Shown piece by piece: positions 11,917 through 24,376 of a stretch of DNA of 64,000 nt (position 1 is the stretch's first letter; every line of letters begins with the position of its first letter). The DNA is from Octopus bimaculoides (Eukaryota). Both the position numbers and the translations under genes were made by a program. The notes beneath the pieces were generated by a model that searched no databases, was not told the origin of the DNA, and saw only the letters and a program-made list of their open reading frames with translations. The stretch covers positions 94,179,163 through 94,243,162 of the forward strand of contig NC_068989.1 in NCBI RefSeq assembly GCF_001194135.2, written 5' to 3'.

Positions 11917-12483
11917 TCACATAAATATGTTGCGTCGAACAGTAGCAAGATTTCTGTGATTCTGAACAACTTGGGTACTGTTGAAGAGATATATATTTAC
12001 TTCAAAATCTTTGATAATCGAAAGGCAGAAAAATATTTCTATAGTCATTGCCGAAGAGTCAAAGCGGTTCCACTCTACAAACACAATTAATGGATGGCTT
12101 TGGAGTTGTGTTGTAATATCGAAGCCTGATAGAACATGAACGCAACTATCCATGCGCAAGATTTTTGGACGAATAACCAAACGATCACACAGGAAGAATG
12201 CAAGAATAAACGAGGCACCTTGAGACAATAAATGCACCAAATTTTCCATGGAGATATTCGGTTATGTAAAATTAGAAATTCCATAAACATGTACAAGCTA
12301 AAGTACATTCTTTCCAAATGTATATATAGCACTGAAAGTATCCTGTACGTTGTATGTTCCAGTTGCACCTAACTGAAATGTAGGCTTTTCAACGTAGTGA
12401 ATTTCATCAAAGACTTGTTGTAGAGCACGGTGACACAAGAGAAATTGACTGACCCAACCATTCTTAGAATTCAGTTTAATGAG
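11917..12483 (-). pseudogene. Decayed reading frame, possibly the XPG/PIN-like nuclease domain of an Academ-type DNA transposon
   Basis: 189 codons in one frame with only two internal stops (12298-12300, 12262-12264). Motifs VLxLVHVY, HVLSGFDITTQ, IEIFFC and ATVRRNIF resemble, from memory, LLVHFY, HALSGCDTTSQ, EKFIC and NEARxxLF. Confidence 0.4.
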
Positions 12484-13266
12484 TCATTAATATTTGATTT
12501 AAAAGGAACACGTGAAGCCTGTCTTGTAGTTAATGATTAGAATTCTCAATTCTAAATTCCTGCATACTTTGAAGACATTTCTGACTGTTTTTGTATTTAC
12601 AATAATTAATTCTTTCATCTGAATGGAAGTTTACTTGTTAACGTTGGCCCTTAACGATCATTCTCCATAGAAAATTTCGTAAAACAAATCGAATCTTGCA
12701 ATATGAAACAATAACTATTTTAGTGAGCAGCTGCAGATTAATTTCATCAGTTTGGTTGTAATTTCGAATATTTCCTAAAAGACTTTATCTAATTAAAACA
12801 CTTATCAGGAATTGTGCAGAATAATGAAAGTGTGTACAATAATTTGACATCCAGTATGCGTTGTCGTATAACCGCATTTTATCTGACTTAAGACATAACT
12901 TAAAACATACCCAGATATTGCTCAACTTCAAGTAGGAGAGCTTTCAATGCTTAGGTCCACCACTGCATGTGGTCGTCCTACACATGAACACTCACACATA
13001 TACACACACATGTGTATATGTGTGCAAATGTGTGTGTTTCTGCATGTGTATGCGCGCGTGTGTATGTCCGCGCGCGTTTAGTTGCGAATGCGTGAAGGAA
13101 TATAAGTGGTATTCATTTCATCTCACTAATATTTCTTCACACAGAGAATAAACTCAAATAGTTACTGCGGATTTTCTATCACTTCTTAGATTTATCTTAA
13201 TATTTTGCCATTTCTCCCACCATTTTCGGCATCAGCAGTCCTTTGGCAGTCTTATATTCATTATAA

Positions 13267-13463
13267 AGCGGCGCGCTGGCAGCAACGTTAGCACGTCAGG
13301 CGAAATGCTTAGTGGTATTTCATCTGTCTTGACGTTGTGAGTTCAAATTCCGCCTTTCATCTTTTTGGGGTCGATAAATTAAGTACCATTTGCGTACTGG
13401 GGTCGATCTAATCTACTGGCCTCCTCCTCCAAAATTTCGGGCCTTGAGCCTAGAGTAGAAAAG
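13267..13463 (+). mobile_element. SINE family 2, full length
   Basis: gcggcgcgctggcagcaacgttagcacg...gaaatgcttag...ggggtcgataaattaagtacc...ggggtcgatctaatc...cctagagtagaaaag. Confidence 0.9.
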
Positions 13464-14075
13464 ATTCTTATACACATTACGGATTTAATCAATTTGCATT
13501 CCATACAATCTGACATTTTACCGCTCTTTAATTTTTAAATCACAAATCTGGAGACAAATCTGAAAATCTGATGATCTGCCAATAGTATAAAATGTTTCTG
13601 CCTAAAACAACGACGTAAACACGTGTTAATTGTTCTGATGTTAACGTACGTTCTCACTGCTAGGTTTCCTATATGACACACCATGACTTAAAATACAGCT
13701 ACATTTATAATTAGCCAATCTCAAGGATGTATACATATATTTGTATNNNNNNNNNNNNNNNNNNNNNNNNNNNNNNNNNNNNNNNNNNNNNNNNNNNNNN
13801 NNNNNNNNNNNNNNNNNNNNNNNNNNNNNNNNNNNNNNNNNNNNNNNNNNNNNNNNNNNNNNNNNNNNNNNNNNNNNNNNNNNNNNNNNNNATATATATA
13901 TATATATACATATATATGTACATATATATGTATTGTATATACATATATATGTACATATATAAAACATATACACTCATACACATATTCATATATATGTATA
14001 TATATGTGTGTGTATGTATATATGCATGTATATGTGTGTATACACATGTATACACAAACACGCATATATATTTAT

Positions 14076-14113
<38 letters not shown>

Positions 14114-14942
14114 ATAAACACGCACATACGGACACGTGCATCTATTGAACTATTCCATTTTCGATATAGTTTACAACTTTTGTTTGTGTGTCTGTTTGAT
14201 CCGTATATGAAAGTTGGAAAGTTCGTACCTAACTGAAACATTGCAAACAAATTCCGACGAGAACAAATTCAATTCTAATATAAACCTTCACTTATATCTT
14301 CACAGCTGCTACCAAAGTCCTTTCTTGTTTACAGTGGACATCAAAAGAATGCATCATATTGACAGAGAGGTGAATAGCAATTGGTCGGAAGCGTTAATGG
14401 AACTGAAATGCATTTGATGAAAGAAATATTTAAATATTTTAAAACTAAGTAACAGGTTTTATGCAAAACTATTAATGTCATTTTCTGTTGGATGTTTGGA
14501 CATGTTTAAAGTAAATAAAGTATCCGATATATAATTTAATCAGAGACAGCAGCAAGTAAAATGTTCCTATTTCAAATTCATATCTTTGACTTTTATGATG
14601 GTTCTGGTTGCAGTAGTCGTAGCAGTGTCATAATTAGGGAGTATGGATGTAATAATGCCATCCAGCCACGGTACATAGAGTCGGATATTAAATCGAGTTT
14701 CCACACAACTGATTTCATCTAAAATTGATATAGCTTGGTTATATAATAGATTATGTAAATATTCCATTTAACAACGAATGAAAGATACATTCGCTATTCA
14801 CTAGAAACAAGCACGAATTGATGTGTTACTCTGAAAGAATATAGCGTTTACTACAATCACACACATGCACAAACGTCCACGCACATATACATATATATAG
14901 AAATTCACATATACACGAATTCACACACTCATAAATACATAT

Positions 14943-14989
<47 letters not shown>

Positions 14990-15949
14990 NNNNNNNNNNN
15001 NNNNNNNNNNNNNNNNNNNNNNNNNNNNNNNNNNNNNNNNNNNNNNNNNNNNNNNNNNNNNNNNNNNNNNNNNNNNNNNNNNNNNNNNNNNNNNNNNNNN
15101 NATATATATACATATACATATATATAACCATACTAGGTATTTAAATTCATAAAGCCTTCATCAAAAGTTATGTGTATCTCTTGGTTTTAAAGTAAGAGAT
15201 TCAGTAAAGTTTCAAATATTTTCCATATTTAAATAGAAACTTTATTTGATCACCAAACTTTCTGCCCATGATGCGTTGATATTTCTGGTGCCGTGTTATA
15301 ATATATTTGCATGTTAATACTTGAGTAAATACTTAGTGTTATCTATTTTCAGTTGCCAGTTGGTAATTCTGCATAATAATTTGTTGACATAAATGACAGC
15401 TGTAAAAACGTTGCCAAATATTGTACTACATTTAGTTGGAATCTATTTCTTATATCAAATATTCATGTTACAAGACGTCTGTTTGGACAATGTTGATCTC
15501 GATATACCACATTTATTATGGAATTTATAAAGTGATGCCATATTGATTCCTGTTGACGGGGCGGAGGCCAATATATGTACGGAAGAGATATAGGCGATTG
15601 AATCGAACCCAATATATTATCGGCGTGAAATTTATCGATCCTGGAAGAGATGAAAACAATATCGACCTCTTTAGGATTTGAACTCGGTATATGTTAGGAA
15701 AGATCTGCATACAAAAGTACCATATAGATCGAGATTTTACTACTTTCACAATCTCCATCAAGGCGTATAGATTAAATATTGATCTTTCTACGAGAAGTAA
15801 TGGTTATGGAACTCAACATACAGAAGGCTACATCAATAAAAATAACTACCGAAATGTTGCAGGATTGTATTTCTTCGGCTACATTTTTATTATATCTATT
15901 CTCAAAACACAACACTTTGTAACACGCATTATTTGGAAATGTATAGCAT

Positions 15950-15998
<49 letters not shown>

Positions 15999-17094
15999 TG
16001 TAATTGAATAATCTAAGCAAACGGATGCAGATCATGCAATGAGTATATTGTTCAGTTAGCTGCAAGGATGTGTCAAAATGCAATTGCCAGTTTGCATTAC
16101 ATGGACATTGATAGGGTTTGTCATAAACACCTTGAAGCATTAACGAAAATAAACAACGTTAGTCGCCCCCCCCCCCTCAGTACACGCACTTTCCTGTGCA
16201 CAATGCCTTCATACATAATACCATGACTCGTACAGTAAGTGTTGTCATATAACCATAGTTTATTTATATGAAAATATATGCATTGGCAGCACCAAACGAT
16301 TAAGAGATTTGCTTCGTGTTGAAGCGTGGAACTAGGGGAAAGGGAGTTTAGTGTCAACACAAGAAGAACCAACGAAATCTGGTAGACGTAAATATGCAGG
16401 CCGTCACCTTGAATGTACAGTGCAGTTACATAGATTGAGTAGCGCTCAGATAATACGTGAACATGGAATTATGGGTACAAAACTGTGCCGGTGGAATCGT
16501 CATCTACGTTTCTTATGATTAATAAGTAATTCTGTTGAACGATTGAATGGTTCCTTGTCGTCATAACCAAACGGGAATCGTATGCTTTTATATAATTGAG
16601 CATGATGGAAACGAAATCTGATTCACACACAGTCATACATGCAATGAAACACATATCCATTTGGTAAATCGGAAATAGTTGTTTGATTGCTGGTTATACT
16701 ATATTCTTTGTAGGGTGTCAGCAAAGAGATGAAAGCTAGTATTTTCACAGAGCATCAGGTTTTGAAGTAGATAAAGGTAAGTCATTCAATCTAGAGTTAT
16801 ATTGACCACTCATACATATATTTCTCTGACTTTCAAGTCTCCTACTTCGCCAAATACATTCATACACAAACACATTTAAATATACACACGCATACATAAA
16901 TTGCATATAAACACACACACACATGTATATATACACACACACGCACTCACATTATGTGTCCATACACACGCATAAAGATATGTTGGTCGGGTATAGCTAC
17001 GTTATTATGAAGAGTGCTTCATAACCAGAAGGTACCAGATTCGATACCACTGCCTGACATTTTGTATATTTTAGATGCACACATCGATCCCATA

Positions 17095-17325
17095 TCATAT
17101 TTTTTTCAAGTCTAGTACTTGCTCCAAGCTTTTCCTTGCCGAACTGCTAACGTTAAGAAGAAGGAAACGAACAAACAATTGTCGTCAAACAGTCAGAGAG
17201 ACACGTACGCACACACACATGCACGCAAACACATTTAGCTTCTCCACCGCATCTATTCACAAGGTGGTCGGACCGGAGCTATATCAGATGTATTCGCCCA
17301 ATGTGCCGCGCATTGACAATGAACC
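17095..17325 (-). mobile_element. SINE family 1, degenerate
   Basis: Tail fragment (tagtactt...gccgaactgctaa) and head fragment (ttcacaaggtggtcggaccggagctata...gcccaa). Confidence 0.55.
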
Positions 17326-17945
17326 AGAAAATATTTAGTTACAGTCTTGGCTGCGCCTATGTGAACGCCTGTCAACACCCATCCTACGGTTATAGTCGGA
17401 CGCCAACTAAAATTGGCTGCCTACGAACCCTCAAGCTTAAAGTAATATCTAGCTCTTCACAATATTATCCGTATGATCATTAGCAATTCTGTTTTAAAAT
17501 TTCTCCATTTTGAATATATTTCATACTTAATCGGTTTTATGTATTTACATCATATCATTTAAATGTTTCTTGTAAAATTATTTTCATATGCAAATAATGA
17601 TTTTATGCAAAATAGGTATGAAGAAGCGTGAAGCGTATTCAGCCGGCTTGAAGATATAAGTTACTTTATCAACCGTTTGTTTTATAATTCGTATATTATG
17701 GCCATTTAACATATGAATATACAGGGGATGAATAATTTAGTTGAATAGTTCTCATATCAAATTTCTCTGGAGTTCTTTGTTAAATCCTTTAACTGTTGAA
17801 GTTATTTTGTAAGAATTTATTTCAACCGCTACCCGTTGGTGTAGCGAATACCGTGAATGGTGACAAAAATGACTCGGGAGAGCCTCGCTGATTGGCAAAG
17901 GATTGATCAAGCAGGCAGTTAGTTACCTGATCAAATGGTTAATCA

Positions 17946-17985
17946 GTTTTGTCCTTAACATAGGTTAATTTACATTTCACCTCAA
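17946..17985 (+). repeat. 40-bp perfect direct repeat, copy 1 (copy 2 at 19028-19067)
   Basis: gttttgtccttaacataggttaatttacatttcacctcaa is identical at both positions. Confidence 0.95.
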
Positions 17986-18330
17986 CTAGAGAAAGGAAAT
18001 ATGATTAGTGCGTGTTTTGTATGGGCATAAGGACCCACATTGTAAATATATAAAGTGTTCCAGAGAGTTTTTGGTACGATGAATTCCTACTGCACAAAAC
18101 ATGCCGTGTGTACTAATAAACATATATGGACATAGTTATATTTTCGTATGCACACTCTAAATCACAGACTTATACCAACATGGTTGGTTGTTATAGAAAG
18201 GTGTTTTGAAAAAATTTTAATTGATTGGATGTGTATACACATACTTAGATACATACGGAAGCAGAAAGATAACGAAATCCTATGACAGGGAGATGGGATT
18301 TTCTTTTACATTTGAGTAATTTTAATAATC

Positions 18331-18518
18331 CTTTGCACTAAAAGCAGAGGGCCTGAAATCTTGGGGGAGGGACTAGTCGGTTATATCAACCCCAGTGTGT
18401 AACTAGTACTTATTTCATCGACCCCGAAAGAATGAAATGCCAATTCGACCTCGGCGGAATTTGAGCTCAGAACAAAGACTGACAAAATGCCACCGACCCT
18501 GCCACCGACCCCGCCACC
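18331..18518 (-). mobile_element. SINE family 2
   Basis: tttcatcgaccccgaaagaatgaaatgcaattcgacctcggcggaatttgagctcagaac is the reverse complement of the core. Confidence 0.8.
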
Positions 18519-18577
18519 TCGTCGCATTGAGCATTCGCTATGATTAATCGCTAGCCACGAAACCTTTTTTTTATTTT

Positions 18578-18720
18578 CTCTCTCTCTACTTATTTGTGTT
18601 CCTTTTCATGTTGAAGAGTGTAGGCTCGAAACGTAAAAGACTTTCTCACTTCCCGTGCCTTAAACTAATACATCTGTTTGTTTTTCACACACCAGTCTTC
18701 GTCTTTTGTTTATTTTATTT
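18578..18720 (+). mobile_element. Dispersed ~140-bp 'family B' element with a hammerhead-like motif at 18602-18639
   Basis: Homologous to minus-strand copies at 32212-32370 and 49030-49170 (shared gtaggctcgaaacgtaaaagactttctcacttccc...ctaatacatctgtttg...gtcttcgtctttt). Confidence 0.8.
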
Positions 18721-18768
18721 TTTTTGTAAATTCATACCATATATATATACACACACACGCACGCACGC

Positions 18769-18819
<51 letters not shown>

Positions 18820-19027
18820 GACCTTTCCATCGTGTTGGAAGCAGTCCACTGACTATTAAAGGGATCAAGCTTTCGAAGTTGCCTTTGTAAGTTCTTTTCG
18901 TTGAGAGAAAGTCACAAAGCTGCGTATGAGAATAACACCTTGCCAAAGTATATCTCAACGTATAGTAGCATGCCTTTTCAATAGCTGTTAGATATTGAAA
19001 TCTTCTCGCATGACCTAACTAACCTGT

Positions 19028-19067
19028 GTTTTGTCCTTAACATAGGTTAATTTACATTTCACCTCAA
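19028..19067 (+). repeat. 40-bp perfect direct repeat, copy 2
   Basis: Identical to 17946-17985. Confidence 0.95.
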
Positions 19068-20524
19068 TAATGATTTTTTCGTAGTGTGGTTAATAAGCCC
19101 AAAATTGGAATGATATGTATATGATATAAGGACGGACAGACAGACAGACAGACAGAAGGAGAGGCAGATAGATAGATAGATAGATAGATAGATACGCAAT
19201 CGTATATACAGACATCCACACGTTAGTCTTTTGTTTCCACATTCCCTCTTAAATACATCTGCACCTAAATCTAAAGATCGAAATACTTGAATATTTCTAT
19301 GGTAGCATATTCGGTAGGAAGTTCATGAAAATGACTTACTATAAATTTTCGCAAAACAAATATTAAAAGTTTGAACGGAATTTTATTTAATTTCATAATT
19401 AGCAAATACAGACGAAATGAGATTTCATCTTCCTGGAGGTAGTAGACTGTAAATCCTCTAGCAGAGGACCGTGAACGGTTGAGATTAAACAACTATTTTT
19501 CAAAAGTATAATTACACTATCGTGTAATTCATCTTCTCTTTGGCAGTTTCATTATCTAAGTTGTGAAGATTTCCATAAGGTGCTCTTGTTCAAGTCTGGA
19601 AAATGTTGCTACCATAATAGAAATTTAAAATCCCCTTCTGGTTTCTTCATCAAACTTGTGTTAATTTAGACTGATGTTTTCATGTGCCCTTTGGTCCCGC
19701 TCCACACAAATTAGTAGTACAGAAGTATTGATTAGAAATATAATTTAGAATATACACGAAAAGTTGTTCGAAATATATCTTCAAACGATTGCTGCACTAA
19801 AATTAATATAAAATATTCAGACATAGTATTAACAAGATACACATGGTTTCCTTTTGTATGTGCATTTCGAGTTGTATATATATATATAACAGTTGATTTT
19901 TATGCATTTGAATGTAGGTAGCAAATACGGATTATTTGATCGACTGAACGAGAGAACCTCGTAACGGTTGTTCGTTCTGCTAGAAATAGCAGTGAAATGA
20001 AGTCTAACCGATTTCAAATAGTCATTCACTCGGTAATGTACTTACTAACATAGACAGGATGCTGTCGGGGTTTGATAAGTCTGCTTCCTTGGTTTCGAAC
20101 TTACTTGTGACTCAAACCATTTACAAAAATTGAACAATATCGTTGCTAATAGAAATGGTAGCGCTCCAAATACATCAACAGAAGTTTTGAGACAATAATT
20201 TTAATCACAGTTTATTTTTAACTGAAATTTCAAGAGGATTAAAGGCAGCAAGCGTGAAATTTGCTGAGTCTCCGAGAATAATAAAACGAAATGGCAACGT
20301 TCTTTTCATAGAGGAGGTCATGGAATCATGAAGAAGGAGGTGAAAAAAGCGACAATACAAGGAAGCAGAAATGAAAGAAATAACAAAAAACTACGTAAAA
20401 ATATCACAACCTCTGTTACTAAAACATGATTTGTGTACTGAGTATTTCATGGTTTCTGTGTGTGTATATATGTATGTATGTGTGTATGTATGTATGTATG
20501 TATGTGTGTGTGTGTGTGTGTGTG

Positions 20525-20574
<50 letters not shown>

Positions 20575-20602
20575 AACACACACACACACACATACATACA
20601 TA

Positions 20603-21003
20603 CTGTAAGGGAAATTATCGTCGCCAACTAAACTTGACTAAGGGTGTGAATAACACCTACATTGCTAGAAATAGGAGCTAAAATAGTTCAATGCTGTTAC
20701 AAAGCACACAAAATATACCCTGATATGGACTGCAATCGCTCCGAACACCGAACCGAGAATTTCTTAGACTGACCGGCCAGTTCCGGCCTAACTGAAGATA
20801 GCAACGGAAAGAGCCAAAACTGGCCGGTCAGGCGAAGGAATTAGGAATTCTCGGTTCGGTATTCATGGCAATTGCAGTCCCGATCAGAGGATACGTTATG
20901 TGCCTTGCAACATCATTGGAGTATTTTCGCTCCTATTTCTAGCAATATAAGCATTATTCACACCTTTAGTCAAGTTTAGTTGACGACTAAGTTTCCTTTA
21001 CGG
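20603..21003. mobile_element. 401-bp foldback MITE, TA-flanked (Tc1/mariner-type target)
   Basis: Imperfect inverted arms ~20603-20782 and ~20818-21003 (caactaaacttgactaa, attgctagaaataggagc, ctgaccggccagtt on both arms); TA at 20601-20602 and 21004-21005. Confidence 0.85.
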
Positions 21004-21206
21004 TATAACGTTGCAAAACAGCTGGTTTTATTAATTCTACACATGTTTCGTTTTTGTATTTGGTTTGCAAGATTCTTTATGTGAATTCGTGTGTTGAAGC
21101 ATATTTTATTGTCTGGGGAGATTCATTCTGTTTTAATGCCTTATTAACACACCCACCGGTTTGTTTATTTTTTGTAATATATTCGTTGCATTTTGTATCC
21201 ACTTCA

Positions 21207-21260
21207 TTGCAACCTCTTCAATAGTCGTTGAGAGTCAACGACTATTGAAAGAGGTTGCAA
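21207..21260. repeat. Near-perfect 25-bp hairpin, 3-nt loop
   Basis: ttgcaacctcttcaatagtcgttga-gag-tcaacgactattgaaagaggttgcaa; one extra A in the right arm. Confidence 0.9.
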
Positions 21261-21361
21261 AACACAAAAGTTTAGAAAAAATAAATGAATGGAAATCGAA
21301 CTGGTGAGCGTGTTAAGTAATAAGGCACTAAAAGAGAATGACTCTCCCCAGACAGTAAAAT

Positions 21362-21409
<48 letters not shown>

Positions 21410-21907
21410 GTAGAGAGAGAGAGGGAGAGAGAGAGAAAGAGACACACACGCACAGATGCATACAATAAAAGATTTATGTCGGATTGCAGAAGCTTGCTGA
21501 GTTGTACGAAGACACGATATAGGTTACTGAAACAGCATTAAATAAAATTTCAAATCTGCGTAATACAAAATATATACATACCGTTAGAATAAATAATACT
21601 GGAATTGTTTGAGATAAAATCGCTTGATAGACAAGTTATGATAATATCACAATATATATATATCAGCACAAAATCAGTGTCGGCGCAGTGACTGTTTTCA
21701 AAATATTTAAGCACGAATGTTGTTTAAACAGGTGACAAAAGAGTGCTGGACATTGACAAGCCTCAATAAAATCATAAACGTCAGTCTCGTTCCAATGTAT
21801 ATTGTGTTTATGCGGCAAGTCTATGAGGAGGTTTTATATCAGATCCACAGCATTACATTGTGCCTTGTATAAACATTTACCATGTTAAATCTTTCTCTCT
21901 CTCTCAT

Positions 21908-21979
<72 letters not shown>

Positions 21980-22541
21980 GTTGCTATTATGTCAAACTGT
22001 CGTATGTCAAACTGTCGTATGTCGATTCTTTGGTCAAACTATCGTATTCCCAGCTGCTTCAGATGCCAAGATGTCAAAGATTGTCATAGTGTAGTACAAC
22101 GGTTTTGCTATGGAATGGTGAAACAATGTTTTTCGTTTANNNNNNNNNNNNNNNNNNNNNNNNNNNNNNNNNNNNNNNNNNNNNNNNNNNNNNNNNNNNN
22201 NNNNNNNNNNNNNNNNNNNNNNNNNNNNNNNNNNNNNNNNNNNNNNNNNNNNNNNNNNNNNNNNNNNNNNNNNNNNNNNNNNNNNNNNNNNNNNNNNNNN
22301 NNNNNNNNNNNNNNNNNNNNNNNNNNNNNNNNNNNNNNNNNNNNNNNNNNNNNNNNNNNNNNNNNNNNNNNNNNNNNNNNNNNNNNNNNNNNNNNNNNNN
22401 NNNNNNNNNNNNNNNNNNNNNNNNNNNNNNNNNNNNNNNNNNNNNNNNNNNNNNNNNNNNNNNNNNNNNNNNNNNNNNNNNNNNNNNNNNNNNNNNNNNN
22501 NNNNNNNNNNNNNNNNNNNNNNNNNNNNNNNNNNNNNNNNN

Positions 22542-22578
<37 letters not shown>

Positions 22579-23544
22579 ATCACACAATCAGGGTGTGTGT
22601 GTGTGTACAAGTAAAAGAATAAATAGAGAAAGAGGGAGAGAGATGAAATTTATAGTAACACAAAAGACGAAGACAGGTGTATGAAGAACGTGTATCAGGG
22701 GAACACGACTTACGGGCATTAGAGAAATTAAACAGAGAGAGAATTTAAAAAAAAACTTGTAAATTTCAGTAGTCTATGTACCTATAGATAGATTTTCGTA
22801 TTAATCCCAATATGTGGAAGAATAGAAAAAATGAATTTGAAAATGCACAGAAAGTGTATTAGAATTAAATTATATTTTAAAATAAGGGAATACACTTGGC
22901 TTGTTACAATTTAGATTTTCAAAATTATATAGTGTAAGGAATAGTGTCCCGAATTATGTCTATTCTGGCCGTTGTTATTTTTTTCTAAAGTAGGAATGTG
23001 GCCAAGCACGCTATATCTTAACGTAGAAATTGATTGGTCAGCGTTGGTATATTAAGCTCAGGTAGAAGTAGCGCGAAATGATCACTGGAAAGCGTTTCTC
23101 CATTGCATATGTCTTATGTCAGTTAGAAAAGCGAGATATAAATAAGTGATATCATAATTGGTTACATAAAATTGTTATACATAATCGTTGTTAATCATTC
23201 TGTCCAAGGCTAATGTTATCAATTACCGTTAGTTCTCTCTCAAAGAGCCTGTTAATGCATACCCCTTCTTTTGTAACAAGGTGTTGGGGAAGTAAGGTAA
23301 AGAGGTATGGTGTAAATAAGATAGATCATAGCTGCAACATGAATTTTGTTTATCTTAAAGACAAGCCCGAGTAGATATTCTCCAATAATTCAGAAGAAAA
23401 GGTTAATCGTGTACCACTGATATTTTTTATAGCATATTCAGCAATGGCTTGTAGTTAAGAAGAAATGAACTTATTAATTCTATATAAGTACAAATTACAC
23501 ACGTGTAGATATACGTATATTTATGTGCATATATATTTTATGTC

Positions 23545-24092
23545 GGATCTTTTTTAAAACGGGGGCCACATTTTTCATTAATGTTTTACGTAGTGCTTTT
23601 GGTACCGAAAGACTTTCAAACTTCGTATACTTATCTATTTTGTGTTATAGAACAGAAAAATATTTTTGTATTCGAATTTATTTCATGTAAAAAATTGTCT
23701 CATTTCGATAATTTCAACCAATCACTGACGTCCATTCAGCCGATATACATTAAGTGCCGACTACATAAACAAACGATTCTTCGTTTTATTTGCTTTTTTC
23801 ATTTTAAATTTGCTTTAACCCTAACCCTAACTCTAACCCTAGGGTTAGGGTTAATTGTTTCAGAATCGTTTGTTCATGTAGTCGGCACTTAATGTATATC
23901 GGCTGAATGGACGTCAGTGATTGGTTGAAATTACAGAAATACGACAACTTTAACATGGAATAATTTATGGATTTCTTTTTTTTTTAAGAAGACTAAGAGA
24001 AAAAGATGTTTTATATGACACATTCTACCAGTGATCCAAGTTTCAAAGTGTTTCGTTAATGAAAAATGTGGCCCCCGTTTTAAAAAAGATCC
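23545..24092. mobile_element. 548-bp non-autonomous DNA transposon (MITE) with nested inverted repeats and a central telomeric-repeat palindrome
   Basis: 37-bp perfect TIR ggatcttttttaaaacgggggccacatttttcattaa; 8-bp TSD tttatgtc (23537-23544, 24093-24100); inner arms 23710-23780 and 23862-23932 (70/71 match); centre taaccctaaccctaactctaaccctagggttagggttaa. Confidence 0.95.
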
Positions 24093-24249
24093 TTTATGTC
24101 TGTTCAGAAACGATAGAGTGAAAATTTTCAATTCTTTCATTACTAATTAATTATGTAAGACTAGATAATTCAGTATTAGCAGGTGGTATATCAATAAATA
24201 TACATATGTGTGTATAAATATATGTATATATTATAAATATATATGTATA

Positions 24250-24376
<127 letters not shown>

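Noticed and set aside
12390-12415. VFDEIHYV as a DExH helicase motif II with nearby GATGT
   Set aside because: Spacing to the putative motif III is only nine residues and there is no Walker A motif.
14567-14767. Weak resemblance of ISILDEI...F...LY.P to a reverse transcriptase C-terminal motif
   Set aside because: Too few matches and no YxDD core nearby.
19435-19455. let-7-like string ggaggtagtagactgtaaatc
   Set aside because: Several mismatches to let-7 and no complementary star arm or hairpin nearby.
23816-23854. Interstitial telomere or chromosome fusion scar
   Set aside because: Only a few units, orientation opposite to a fusion, and it sits inside a TIR/TSD-bounded element present twice.
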